IMG/VR virus record: IMGVR_UViG_3300017746_000002
Coordinates: 1 to 64,000 of that record
DNA from: a virus
DNA: 64,000 bases
Reading direction: 5' to 3' (one strand)
Below, one piece after another: positions 57,701-64,000 of this stretch. Numbering within the stretch: the first letter of the stretch is position 1; every line of letters begins with the position of its first letter. Both the position numbers and the translations under genes were made by a program. The notes below the pieces were generated by a model. The model was given only the letters and a program-made list of their open reading frames with translations, did no database searches and was not told the origin of the DNA.

Positions 57701-58529
57701 TACTAGCTACAATTGGAGTAGCACCTCCAAACGTTCCTGCCTCAAGAGCAGCTAATGCAAGTTCTTCTACGGCAATGTTAGATAATATACCAACAGTGTA
57801 ACCAGAGTTTAGCATTAAATTAGTTGCAAAACCACCAACACCTCCTCTAGTAGTATTTCCTATTCTCATTGCCTCAGCAAAATTATCAGCACCTTCTATA
57901 TCTGCACTAAGATAGTTTCCTTGCATTGCATCACCAAGAGCATCATATGTACTCATAAAACCAGTACCAAATACTTTACCAAACTGTCCCCACATTCTTT
58001 GATTATCATCCCACCATGTAGAATTTTCGTTATAATACTCCTCATTATTTCTATAAGGATGAAAACCTAACTTATCAAAATTAGGGTGATTATAAAATCT
58101 ATCAAAATTACTTGATTTAAATCCAAAAGTTTGAACATTGTTTGGAGTAAGTTTATCACTAGTAGTAGATGGTTGTGAATATACCTGATTCATTAACCTA
58201 TCTATATCAGACTCAGAATTTTGAGTTTCTAAACTTTGAAACTTTTCTTCTGGAGATAAGTAAGTTGGAGTATACCCTGTATTTATATAACTACTTGCAG
58301 CATCCATATTAGGAGTCCATCCTGGATTTACTTGTGCAGCTAAAAAGCTCATGTCTTGATCACCAAACAAAGCTTGATCAACGTCAAAGTCTTGTGACAA
58401 TTCTAAATCTTGTTGTGGTGAATCTGTTATTCCAGCAAATACATTAGCGTTAGGTGCTAATGGATCAACAGTTTCCTGTGGTACATTGTTTGGAACAATA
58501 TTTCCTTCTTGTGTAATTTCCTCTGCCAT
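42756..58529 (-). CDS. 5257-aa virion RNA polymerase polyprotein (crAss-like, phi14:2 gp66-type)
   Basis: RIPSQDKHS and catalytic GADFDIDK (DFDIDK at 46629-46646), D.TDGQ, TDNAKE. Zincin HEAFH...EEYMAD upstream. Confidence 0.9.
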   Translation of the reverse strand: MAEEITQEGNIVPNNVPQETVDPLAPNANVFAGITDSPQQDLELSQDFDVDQALFGDQDMSFLAAQVNPGWTPNMDAASSYINTGYTPTYLSPEEKFQSLETQNSESDIDRLMNQVYSQPSTTSDKLTPNNVQTFGFKSSNFDRFYNHPNFDKLGFHPYRNNEEYYNENSTWWDDNQRMWGQFGKVFGTGFMSTYDALGDAMQGNYLSADIEGADNFAEAMRIGNTTRGGVGGFATNLMLNSGYTVGILSNIAVEELALAALEAGTFGGATPIVASRTAYNVARLGRVGDKIKDAQNASEALLKTVKNADDAKSFWLRAGLWTADKLTPNTYKAIKSWKTAENTAKALSTAAKVAKTAGGFYRDMRMVNLAIAESKLEAGMVKNDFISEHYADYKANNNGNDPSADEIAKIVEKSDEAAFTTLMWNFPIIFASNMIVFDGALRGFRGINKALEATKRGVGSQILESTAKQMGKKGTKKFYDGGTSRLGRLRQRGLNGNLKIFGGELLRYTLPNSVEGFQEIFQEAIAVGAKDYYSNIYKDPGMAGLDAQYASIKAGLGSQMSGQGFEVFMSGFLMGGLVQGPQKAVFEFAPQMYQKYMDPKAYAKYEKERNDYVNETVKVLNEVYENPEEYFSPDKINAINQKMANEEMFDASMAGSVLNFMDAKDKGIFQHLHTVLSSGKAYEFRSQLEDFLKLDDQGLAEAFPNATAEEIKSGKTRERINSMMTNLDSLEKSFKQLNDEIINPYNPSDFEVKSREWNEEVIKQAAFNHAKMLALFTRDTFKRALERSNQMYKDMAADPVVANLSRSDLDVLTNMNDLINEINLLKTEIKLFGETEGETTQDQKDINKNKIDRLALLQTYFGVLTDPKNVEKTAPVFVPKEGETPDEEAQRKKEQSIQEKVIIEIRERVLSDQQVNIPKLKGLPGQPFGMFNEQNIKSLKDPFVKFLQFVANTNDEFINSDKIDETLLKIVDYKFLNGRAEDYNKAIQYIMSPGKLNDMADKFTVQFKQAFEENKRGVRERIEKYVDQTEKNNVLNALSKLEVYPDMFEVEQWLKGEGPMPHTFFNKKGEIIFTDPKNKALADKIENIIGVYENTARKKESESFDVEEQEDFEDIRDDEYNYDDNFTPKVDEETGEIVDDKIDFESGVSLSKQYLKKQYRTYQRGVKGTPMTERDWLDSTASKKARKVAFAIMKLNQEVFLPAFAKGEKADFNEWLMANEDTNNVQSILKLTDTTVEQITGTSTKIIPKKYNTKKNTQRKKVVDKKGKGHSSGLNVQQTTISKEEGDVQMYRIVDNNGDPINDDVYGSVEDATNSRNQKVRQDKKEEGYELNEEVSLKKGDIVQNNETGDKFMVHGNKLTKKGIHLRPAYDPNSKKKSDQEFIKVDDFINNWTLVENETIDDDTRISKILTREPLSIIPKYDFAIKNKEKRIKEANDRLQKLLRELSPEKQGALKLKIRRGPKWDDRQTNVNKLQQFQFGEDPKNPGIRIQKQKLYVEIISEQINDEGNLVAETVGFFQGSSSVVLLDGNGNTIDPLQITNQQAYDLFRTYKSDNIDNIVDKIKNNYVQAYAIEEFLQKTLDESGQEEVIIDIADLEDIGVTLSEGALTRLTGKGEQGATFGELDYKYVVTDVEGADYSDITVDGQPPYFIMDYNRNYPSKYKNKDGKWVYSKVKGNPVNNIDTTKPAGKKLYQEVISIYSKLESKSPNLKGKYNALVKLDNGKYAIVTLTPDTMSLDDVDSFLNSIKERSKDTHDNHFEDITFNDKWNKELMDGSPADSEFDLPGMFIAAGPGIFVTLNVNSIGGLNVSIRNFNVSDKAENHRLKSVIDFEAVQEWNNAEDMIAALTDENFKAFQPTKNSFKYPINKKNMDFNVLSLARTNLTSEVKKGFYITLNLEGSNISRLTTPIIRKSDALKEKERSEREREKDNEVVEELTPEQRQDAALDDYENISNDQLKIIAVKLNIGESLDEFEKEVQAAYRDRIAELRIEVLEQSAVPADTPKEAENQKALAEHSRLERELKDYTIKLRAEKRAELIARNAELYNEETNDGKIAINRVLQQIVITDPKIQELKAAVKKAFEDSFKIRKITRNFDGNDIEDIDTFRDWLSANLPDTILLSDMTGFHESGEAYVNYLTGKLKDKFMTVGYFELAMQSIYNPKTDAFDSVLGGEVATSAMAPFKYHEAFHAVYRTLLTDTEMSKYSSIAKKELRALYRTEKGYEIDKGIFVKSESEAFDFLRLIDMGYKEMNTKELSDILAEEYMADRFEEFKMNPATTKTNTEIKSLFTRIIDFIKAVLRQFKADKSYQLNSLFKDIDGGKYKRAGVQTNKFTIAAAEGVPSVAYKKSIRLGTLDIRYESKTQKGKFIEKRINNVMPADQQHTIVSGITNLYLKRKRNHEGVFNKNEELEKVVFLAIEMYNPNRDFYMQKSEEWQVDTLPHVRNMYDSMLDQVEDIKDMVNERLADIAEKINLEEEDIAELEADGVRSINEWGKSSDEIGGFSSMLSPDLRTYIGLTTLNEADTYGNKYFDDAETELLNIGVDAHRVYNGILKAVANEVNEIEIIKKAWLYSRKNPHSKAFIDNFFKDIGLFDKAMDDAGKTAVLFDDNYTLPEIKDSELYQQFINGFMNFRVDNIFWQKDSSGVVNLYSATTKDDAHHTLSEWASSFNKMYNLVKVLGSEENTNATLTLNSLTQLMAISKIDEQTNLSDRASSVAEDLRVDLGMDISPLYLEYSVLTNILDQSNFTPEQKMLVDTFSMYDAIEEVDIEELVKSINRGENIFLDNQDVDGEDTSKKTDELYGIKSRLIKISINNAPFSESVGATVFKDPKGNLIYAHQMPTLHLEKIIEMKGADYVANKILESPFMKDNVLLNDSKFQTIVEKGLINPMRISGLKSDGILNISENGVLRENKALDVNQKPGVQFGSSTPKEFALSLIHTYLYYYNRTSPDKSPKFYDKETGEPFVLAPIFIRVIEASNTGDFAPLAIYKQVEMSDEGLTLTDEAVEKRKTIVKQSFERAQREANPETRTKQSIYLGNTDKDNNRTDTGRLTRIDDVAELTNSLKARKNRAINIEAPSIGDVVSEELIAGNLSTVLRSREVAVSTNLSVGENSIVDIGGMQFVMYNQGFKKFSDITNAEQDRLMKEMGTSILTSEQYTNRKDKNRRMYSFRNGNKTFYTYLLKDAQWLNDKSTTSRNIFSFVPLSKDSKVQVGLSTKQITVKTIEELQERIDIALEAEDYRLVQVLKDKLDQINESQEDLITNEAIEIITGETMDVDTSVVDGLQEAIEKARTGEMVDFDTLWNELNGDDAVRSRAMQDVNEFIITLKETGAWDEISTEISEGLGQVQEDNNSKIQVVQNDSADLLMSLYNMEEGNLDYNLAQIFLNDQLNTIGINQLVLGDEAYSLKDAVDKIKRAKMQNAAGPNASSLISDPEIGINHETDIIKQLLFNDEKIKKEFDTIIESDRQKEGQEGDRTDGQMYITTKSFKHFMFGFGKWNKTKNDILKQIVAGNMVKVDNDFFGGFNKLSYKEQDMIMNSLKLVYADGQVFLKMSAFVLTPEFTSIERNGEMVAREGRVELHNLRVKLEKFEQEQENEGNGIVSIAVPATASKMMKMNMQDTQAAYDDRSLTNDMTTDLRAKYMRLQLINPSNKVEVIDPRQIKNLITSEQKLDELVNVAGTEMSIADVINLFHNTMSDRVENEFFKRRNLVFSWAGSQDELIKAKDAGKRMTTNLTAFLKYAIKGLEASQAKSQMLDYFGMDAFGEPKYDLNNQLTVKKFQELFLAFFSKGVLAERQPGISAALVSDAGFKVVKKVEAVDKDGVPIRWTVIRSNDWEGLKNLDPNLKAKTYTDKDNETFSGLKRNEYYLDHLRSGVMEYDSNNQPTGIKYTEFVMPPHFKSILENPLSIGDNIPDAIAKMFGIRIPSQDKHSAVNLKLVDFLPVYYGSSAIFSRDLVEISGADFDIDKLYMHIKDFYVQNGEFIEYGSAERMEDAYYDYIKYTLNEYGKKNSSLYMAVEEVLRREKSLENVERLGVTEKTANMSPQAKEEFIKEYLKNKELKIKIELFGLLTSDTDLNVETSKKLFKRAEGLSEAMTMLGQPVSFEEYKAYRKKHTYTIGDQTIMREPYKGAQDNVILDSKIALLGNKGMSDPRAGRIEAIASEPAVLTPLTDEAATDLFGEGTWQYIQRELPELAEEVNETGIDINNINGKITAWDNNKEGARSIGAVVLPNILINILQEHGIKLRSKKRKGVETFDRLSLNGNNYSYDDFGVEYTIDPKTGKQSTDLYRKQFVVSALVTAMTDNAKERLAKKLGLTKNSLATVTTMLALGVDIKTITLLVKHPTIAFAFDQLKNGKVDGNIKTVLETRKRKIKGELEKVTRTPVISLESLTRMNKHFNAITDGTPKLDKTQDVTLVGIGQWSDEEIQFDLAAIDQFLIAYNITESIRNMTELVNLQKGLGRDLEAMQRKEDAAIGLGLKMTNKEFEADTDILVDVRNIFKKGRNIHATNYKLFRESYDYLAPAVFLQRTEPFEKIYNTLIKNLEVTYTKPGKLGNISVDLIAYLNTKSYIHRTLNNSYQSWQGASLQNGMIYDNKIFPSMPQGALSVDTVVERVTKYLSSTKKNNHFIDKYITLRKTNNEDNFSGISQINSNTWTRIDDAELSRIQNSFLELYQDPNTHHDAVHMINYLLVKDGFRYGPNTFMSALPASVTDDIINTINDIHLLMKDPKINNNKYKKLFGVSYEELTTQFLEDYMSHSKTGYDLKSTKVGGEVSSYNTEEIVIPERSILVDYDVAEGDETTQVLSNLAQRVFKYQTKEYGSVIHAFQVLRKGKFDKKVDKEYKKHGIDEAHGKVIETKLAKKRGSEDEMILLEKLIRASFINTATDYASNGTEIRTELMRGNDFRFSTNTNIDKVTKKTLLSLQKDMVYNNLENGEQTIISKAGIKTQEAINKNLKKNPVVRDNVEKTVTVDIFKGVKKGDKSDQIQKNIYIIRRGSGFKTMKAVSKTKTLTLIQFPYVMEMGIGVGKFGQKDKKLYKLVSYKGIDNKTITDPYEIIDNENNIAVGNYAEYVEIEQVGSLSQNAIGLVFGKLPAEKEIKKYIEDKKDIFNSVIDPEQAAETAIDNFTPEAQSNETATEETENEKVDITLDDLKSDKEIDEENEDFRLEEDNAEEKSSTVVDPVSFLSGSISQQAKGNDNDSKLEKEWDKLTGEEKLGANNVMKIYNAQDLIAAYNKTNAKVDISISKFMENLKCNI

Positions 58530-58537
58530 ACTATGGT

Positions 58538-61500
58538 TTATTTCAGATTTTTACTTTGGGTATTTCTATTTTTATTAGCTAAATTTTCTAGATGTTCTCT
58601 TTGAGTTCTCATCATTTCATCAATTTTTGCCTCACCTGATGGAAGCGCTCTAACTTCACCAGCAACTTCTCTATAGACCCATTCTTTATCATCATCTTGG
58701 ATCCATGTTCCTTGTGTCATTTGAGTATATATTGTATTACCATCACTACCTGTCCAAGCTCTAACTTTACCACCTTGAGGTACAGTATGAATATATCCTC
58801 CATTATCTCTTATTATTCTTCTTGTACTAGACACATCCATATTTATTACGTCAAGAGGATTATTTATCATACCTTTATCTACATATATTGTAATAGTATT
58901 CTTATCATCATCAAAAAGTTTAGTAAGTAGATTGTTATCTATAGTAGAGGAGCTTCTCAGTTTTTTTATATAATCTTGATCTAACTGAAGTGTCCAACCA
59001 GATTTACCACCTAAGTTTTCATTATATGTAATAGATATGTTTGGCATGTTAGTAGCAGATGCTGGTTGTCTAAGATCTGTTCTTATTTGTCGTAATATTT
59101 GATCCATACCTTCAGACCATTCCATATCTGTTAATGCTCCTTTTACAATATGCATTGATGGATCTCCTAGTTTAACAACAACATTTGATTTATCTAATTT
59201 GTTAACTGCATTTAAAGCTATTGTTAATTGAGTTGCTATTTCTGGATGAGCATTTCCGTGTATATATGTACCATTCCAATTATCAGTCATTGCAATGCTT
59301 CCATCATTTATCTGATCTTTTAGCATAAACTCATTTCTTGCACTAAATGTTGGAAAACCATTACCTGCAACAGAACTAGTCATCCCTTGATTCATTGCAT
59401 CATATAGACTATTATATGCTACTGTAGTCTTATCATTCATATTATTATAAGGCCTAGAACCAGCTCCTGGTCTCCAATCTTCACTACTATGTTTCACAAC
59501 ATGGTGTTGTAATCTTACAGGAAACTTTTTTCCACGTCCATCTGTAGCTCTAAAATTATTATAAAAGCTATTTGACAAATTATCCTCAGAAGAATCAACA
59601 CCTTTTAGATAATTATCTATACCCTCTTGTCCAAATCTAGTATATTGAGATGATATGTTTTCAACTATTCTTAATTCTGACATATCTACTGCATAATTTT
59701 CTTTTAATGCTGATTTAATATCAGAAACACCTAATGTTTTTAAAACATCAGGAGTAAAGATGCCGGATAAGTATTGTTGATATTTTGCATAATCTCCAAA
59801 GTCTTCAACACTTTTTAATACTGCTGGTAAATTTGCATTATCAGCGTTAGCTTTAAACTTATCTGCTCCAACTTGCTGATATTCTGATAAATTTAACATT
59901 CTAAATGTTCCATTATCATTTTCAATTAATGGTGAACCATATTTATCAAAAAATTCTTTTAATGATGGATCTGCTTGTGCCATTATCATATCATAAGCAG
60001 ACTTGTATGTTTTATTTTGTTTTTCAACTATGTTTAATACATCAGCTTTACCATTTTCAATCTGACTTTCTATCTGAGATATTTGTGTATTTAAAGAATT
60101 AAACTCAGCTGTACCTAACATAGGTGCAAATGCTCCTTCATCTCCTAAACCTACTTGATGATGATATTTTTGTAATACTTCTAAATAAAGATCTTCAAGA
60201 TCTGTTTGACTTCTACCTGCTCCGTTAAGTAAATACTCTTTAGCTTCATTCCAGTGTAAAAATTTCTTTTCCCATTTACCGTCTTTATTAGTAGGGTTAG
60301 TATCTTTCATATATCCAGAACCATCAGCATAGGTAAACACTTCAACTTCAATACCTGTTGGATCTACGTCATAGTCAGCACTACTCCAAATAGAAGCTAA
60401 CTGAGTATGCATTTGTTCAATAGCAGTAAACATTGGAGCATTAACATTGTCTCTCATTTTTGTATCTATGTAAAACTTGTTATCTCCCATAAGATCACCT
60501 GTATTTTCATATGAGCTAAGGTTTAATTCTGCATCAGGCATTCCGCTTTGCATACCAGGACCGTCAAGATTAAGACCTCCACCACCTTCAAGTGATTTTT
60601 TATAGTCAGCTAAAGCTTTAGCATCATTAAACTTTTGTTGTTGTTCAATCATTCTGTATTCATGATCTAACTTTTTTGAAACTAAAGGATTAACTTTTCT
60701 ATCTGTAACTTTCATTGTAGTAGTAGCATACTCATTAGCAGCAGATAATACATCTTTATTAATAGAGTAATTCATATATGCTTGATAAGCAATGTTTCTC
60801 ATTTCTGCAAGATCTTTATATTCTCTAGATATATCTAAAATAGTTTTGTTATCTTTTTGTATACCTTTATCTATTGCTGTAATAGCACCAAGAGTTTCTA
60901 AATAAGTTTGTTTTGCCTTAGTACCCGCTTTTGGATATTTTTCTAAATACTTTTCCCAACTATTTTTTGTTTGTGTTAATTTATCTTTTTGACTTGTTTC
61001 AGTTTTTATTTCATCTTCTATGCCAGTTTTACTTTGATCAATTATCTGACTTAAAATATATTTTTCAGCATTTTCTTTACTACCGTATTTTGTAATATTA
61101 TTTTCATTTTCATAAAACTTTCTTGCTTTTACATATGCTGCTGTAGCATAACCTCTTGAAATAAGAGGATCATCTAGTATAGTTTTAGCAATAATATTTG
61201 CAGCAGGATTGTATGTTCCCATTACTCCTGTTTCTTTATCTACTACACCAGTTGGTCTATTAGTAATAACAGAGCCATTGGTCATTGTAGACATCCATAC
61301 TCCATCTTCACTAAACACAACATCAGTCATTTCTAACTTTTTACCTTTACCTTCATAGTTCATTAGGTATTCAATACCTCTTTCAATTAAATCAGGGTCT
61401 TCAACATATTCAGGTAATCTTTCTGACATAGATTCTTCTAAGGATCCTGCTTTAAAATCTTGCATAGAAAAATTTAATCTATCTACACCATCTTGCCAAT

Positions 61501-61909
61501 ACTTATCTCTTTCTTTTGCATCAGGACTTTTTCTATATCCTTCTGCTTTTTGTGTTTCACCATTAAAACGTTTAGTAAAAACAATATCTCTTACTATTGT
61601 TTTATCTTCAAAGAATGGTTTAAATAATGCTCTAGCAGCATCAGCATTCTGTTGTAAAGAAAAATCTGTACCTGTAAGTTGTTGAATTTTAGGTACAAGA
61701 AGATTTGAATACTCATCTCTTTTGTGAATATTATCTTTATGAGATAAGTCAGCATGGACAACTTTACCATATAAATCATTTAAATGTTTATAATTGGTAT
61801 TATATCTGTCTTGTCTTCTACCTAATGTATCTGCTAAAAACTTAAAGTCTGGTGTATATGCTTTAGTTTTAGCTATGTAGTCATTACTATTTGGAAGGTA
61901 TGTTGCCAT
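58538..61909 (-). CDS. 1123-aa putative virion ejection/cargo protein
   Basis: MATY start, PDF..L....RQ.RY, DFSLQQN. Directly upstream of the vRNAP. Confidence 0.7.
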   Translation of the reverse strand: MATYLPNSNDYIAKTKAYTPDFKFLADTLGRRQDRYNTNYKHLNDLYGKVVHADLSHKDNIHKRDEYSNLLVPKIQQLTGTDFSLQQNADAARALFKPFFEDKTIVRDIVFTKRFNGETQKAEGYRKSPDAKERDKYWQDGVDRLNFSMQDFKAGSLEESMSERLPEYVEDPDLIERGIEYLMNYEGKGKKLEMTDVVFSEDGVWMSTMTNGSVITNRPTGVVDKETGVMGTYNPAANIIAKTILDDPLISRGYATAAYVKARKFYENENNITKYGSKENAEKYILSQIIDQSKTGIEDEIKTETSQKDKLTQTKNSWEKYLEKYPKAGTKAKQTYLETLGAITAIDKGIQKDNKTILDISREYKDLAEMRNIAYQAYMNYSINKDVLSAANEYATTTMKVTDRKVNPLVSKKLDHEYRMIEQQQKFNDAKALADYKKSLEGGGGLNLDGPGMQSGMPDAELNLSSYENTGDLMGDNKFYIDTKMRDNVNAPMFTAIEQMHTQLASIWSSADYDVDPTGIEVEVFTYADGSGYMKDTNPTNKDGKWEKKFLHWNEAKEYLLNGAGRSQTDLEDLYLEVLQKYHHQVGLGDEGAFAPMLGTAEFNSLNTQISQIESQIENGKADVLNIVEKQNKTYKSAYDMIMAQADPSLKEFFDKYGSPLIENDNGTFRMLNLSEYQQVGADKFKANADNANLPAVLKSVEDFGDYAKYQQYLSGIFTPDVLKTLGVSDIKSALKENYAVDMSELRIVENISSQYTRFGQEGIDNYLKGVDSSEDNLSNSFYNNFRATDGRGKKFPVRLQHHVVKHSSEDWRPGAGSRPYNNMNDKTTVAYNSLYDAMNQGMTSSVAGNGFPTFSARNEFMLKDQINDGSIAMTDNWNGTYIHGNAHPEIATQLTIALNAVNKLDKSNVVVKLGDPSMHIVKGALTDMEWSEGMDQILRQIRTDLRQPASATNMPNISITYNENLGGKSGWTLQLDQDYIKKLRSSSTIDNNLLTKLFDDDKNTITIYVDKGMINNPLDVINMDVSSTRRIIRDNGGYIHTVPQGGKVRAWTGSDGNTIYTQMTQGTWIQDDDKEWVYREVAGEVRALPSGEAKIDEMMRTQREHLENLANKNRNTQSKNLK

Positions 61910-61913
61910 ATTA

Positions 61914-61921
61914 CAAAATTA
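61914..61921 (-). promoter_or_regulatory. Possible -7 element TAATTTTG 4 nt upstream of ATG
   Basis: TAnnTTTG match in the intergenic gap. Confidence 0.4.
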
Positions 61922-61971
61922 CTATATTTTTTTAACTTTTATTCATTTATAGAGTAAATTTTTAAAGTTTA

Positions 61972-64000
61972 CTAAACTCCAAATATCCAATCTCTTAAAG
62001 CTTTCTTACTTCTTGCTAGCTCTTTTTTTCTATCACAGGAAGAACAACCTACTTCATTACCATATTTTACTTCTGTAGTATTTTCTATTTCTGTTTCTTC
62101 ATCCTTATTATTAGTCATATTAGAACGTAACGGTGTAGAAGATGCTGAACCTTGTCCCATATATTGTTTAATACAATTAAGCATTTGATTTGTATTATCT
62201 TTAAAGCCCATATCGTTACATGCTGTTCTTGCATTTTGCATTGTCATTTGTTCTGTAGCTTTATTAGCATTAAGATCATCAGGATTATAAAATGTGTTCA
62301 TATGATTCTGAGCATCATAGTAGTAATTAGGATTCTCCATATTTAATGCATATAACTTATCTGCATTATCCATTCTTTCTACTTGTGTATCTACAATGTT
62401 TGCATTATCTGCAGCCATTGTATTATCAAAATTATTTAATGCTGTTGCTACTCTTGTGTTATATTCATCTCTATTAGCTGAATTTGTAGCCATTGCGTTA
62501 TTTAATATTTGAGACTTTCTTGCTTCACTGTTGTCAAAGATCTTAATGTTTGTATTTGCTACATCAGAAATACCTTTATTCATCTTATCACTAATTTGTC
62601 CCATATAGAATGAAGCATTTGCAGGATCAGCTTTTGCTAACTGTTGTGCCATAGCTAAGTTAGCTTGTATCATAGCTTGAGGATCTTGATATGCTACATC
62701 AGGAAGAACAGGATCTACATTTTGCCTAGTAGGCATATATAAATTTCTATCCCACTTTTGACCAATAGCATTTTGTAGTCTAAGATCATCCTGTGGGAAA
62801 GTCATATAAGGAGGAATTTCTCTATCTTCTGGTGTTTCAGGTTTTGTTTTACAACTACAAGTATCTAAATCAAATTCTTGTCCTTTACTTAAACATTCAG
62901 CAGCTATTCTTTTTTGTTCTGCTTCATCACATTTTATATCTGTAATAATTTCTTCTTCATGTACTTCATTAGTAGCAGAACTATATTGTCCAGCAGATGC
63001 CATTCCTATTATACCATCAAGATCTGACATTGGTAAACCAGTTCTTTCATCTATGTGTCTTCCACCTTTATGCTTTCCTCCTTTTAAATCTAAAGTAATA
63101 TTACCAAAAAATGCATCTGCTTGATCTAAATCTGTTTCTGTACCTTTTAGATCTTGCATTGCTGTAAACATTCCTTGGAACATTTTAGCATTTTGTGCAT
63201 AGGTATCACCTTCACAATCACCCCAACCAAACTCTTCACATATAGCTTTATATCCTCCTGATTTAAAGTCAGTTGGGTTATAACCTGCATGTTTAGCTTG
63301 GAGAAGTTTATCATTCATATCCATATATGCTGTAAACAACTCTTCTTCTGATTTACCTGATACTGGTTGATTAGCTACTATTCTTTTTAAATCTTTAACA
63401 CTAAGATCACCAAGCTTCTTTCCATCTTTAATAGATTTTTTTATTGCCTCTATACCACCTGCATTTAAAACAACATCATCCCATTGTTTTTCAAGAGCCC
63501 TATAACCTTCAACCCATGCAGTTCTAACATCTGCAAAATCTTCACCCATAACATGATTATAGAATTCTTGGTGTGCAGCTCTACCTGCTTCTCTACCTTT
63601 ATATTTATCTGAATCATGTGCATTCTTATGATTACAATCATCACCTGTACATATAGGTTGTCCTTTTTGCATTTGTGGTAGTTCCATGCCATCTCTTGCC
63701 ATCATCATACCTGCGCCTTGCATAGCAGGATTAGAACCAGTATACATTGAAGGATCTGCAATCTGCACATTTGGCATAGATTGATCTAAGTCCATTATTG
63801 AACCTGCTAATACATCTTTTCTTTGAACACTTCTCATTTGAAGCTCAACGTCTCTCATTTGTGCTTGGAGATTATTTATTTGTTTTTCAAACTCCTCTTG
63901 CGCTTTCTTTTCTTTAAACATATGAGGATTTGCTTGATGATACTTTATAGCTGCAGAATGCTCTTGCTGCATCATTTCTAATTGTGAACCAAGAGATCTA
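61972..64000 (-). CDS. Large virion cargo-like protein, 5'-truncated by window edge
   Basis: Frame is open to base 64000. Q/M/N-rich and lies in the giant-gene block. Confidence 0.7.
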   Translation of the reverse strand, partial: RSLGSQLEMMQQEHSAAIKYHQANPHMFKEKKAQEEFEKQINNLQAQMRDVELQMRSVQRKDVLAGSIMDLDQSMPNVQIADPSMYTGSNPAMQGAGMMMARDGMELPQMQKGQPICTGDDCNHKNAHDSDKYKGREAGRAAHQEFYNHVMGEDFADVRTAWVEGYRALEKQWDDVVLNAGGIEAIKKSIKDGKKLGDLSVKDLKRIVANQPVSGKSEEELFTAYMDMNDKLLQAKHAGYNPTDFKSGGYKAICEEFGWGDCEGDTYAQNAKMFQGMFTAMQDLKGTETDLDQADAFFGNITLDLKGGKHKGGRHIDERTGLPMSDLDGIIGMASAGQYSSATNEVHEEEIITDIKCDEAEQKRIAAECLSKGQEFDLDTCSCKTKPETPEDREIPPYMTFPQDDLRLQNAIGQKWDRNLYMPTRQNVDPVLPDVAYQDPQAMIQANLAMAQQLAKADPANASFYMGQISDKMNKGISDVANTNIKIFDNSEARKSQILNNAMATNSANRDEYNTRVATALNNFDNTMAADNANIVDTQVERMDNADKLYALNMENPNYYYDAQNHMNTFYNPDDLNANKATEQMTMQNARTACNDMGFKDNTNQMLNCIKQYMGQGSASSTPLRSNMTNNKDEETEIENTTEVKYGNEVGCSSCDRKKELARSKKALRDWIFGV

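Noticed and set aside
13144-58529. Inteins or group I introns in polB, nrdJ or the vRNAP
   Set aside because: PolB and NrdJ are of compact length with contiguous motifs. No C...HN-[CST] intein ends or LAGLIDADG motifs were noticed in the giant ORFs (by-eye check only).
646-63692. Short antisense or alternate-frame ORFs in the track (e.g. 646..882, 3438..3719, 13273..13614, 35593..35940, 45832..46149, 47575..47946, 49060..49431)
   Set aside because: They lie within or largely overlap well-supported genes, have shadow-ORF composition, and carry no motifs.
1-64000. Stop-codon reassignment (TAG to Gln or TGA to Trp) as in some crAss-like phages
   Set aside because: Very long ORFs (5257, 1931, 1809 aa) are intact in the standard code. 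TAG and TGA end genes at sensible positions next to the following start. No suppressor tRNA was seen.
1-64000. Cellular, prophage or eukaryotic giant-virus origin (suggested by SET, glycosyltransferases and PolB)
   Set aside because: Overlapping operonic genes, Bacteroidota promoters, holins and a crAss-type vRNAP indicate a bacteriophage. No integrase or host housekeeping genes are present.

Overview
AT-rich segment of a large lytic dsDNA phage of Bacteroidota, most like the crAss-like phages (Crassvirales or relatives). A marine Flavobacteriia host is inferred from TAnnTTTG promoters, A-rich starts without Shine-Dalgarno sites, and Gln at +1 after signal peptides. Layout: (1) 1-17.5 kb, + strand replication/recombination module with DnaB, Sak4-like ATPase, SSB, primase, RusA-like resolvase, VWA-metallopeptidase plus MoxR ATPase, two BRCT-like paralogs, PD-(D/E)xK nuclease, family B DNA polymerase, DUF932, dATP/dGTP diphosphohydrolase and a spore-photoproduct-lyase-like radical SAM enzyme. 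(2) 17.5-33.7 kb, - strand accessory/late block: a dense array of tiny Lys-rich or Cys-rich ORFs (several missing from the ORF track, including a 28-aa CDGSH peptide), holins, and a host-envelope-targeted cassette (OM beta-barrel, T9SS-like GCTD-repeat protein, exported non-redox thioredoxin fold, membrane anchor, GT32) around a 1931-aa Cys-repeat/LamG protein. (3) + strand island of class II RNR, thioredoxin and a glycosyltransferase, followed by a - strand SET-domain gene. (4) 37-64 kb, - strand giant virion/ejection proteins including a 5257-aa virion RNA polymerase polyprotein. The best novel-system candidates are the exported envelope cassette and a possible spore-like DNA protection set (basic mini-proteins, SPL, SET). 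All family calls come from motif recognition by eye, not from database searches. No tRNA, rRNA, CRISPR array, integrase or reverse transcriptase was seen.
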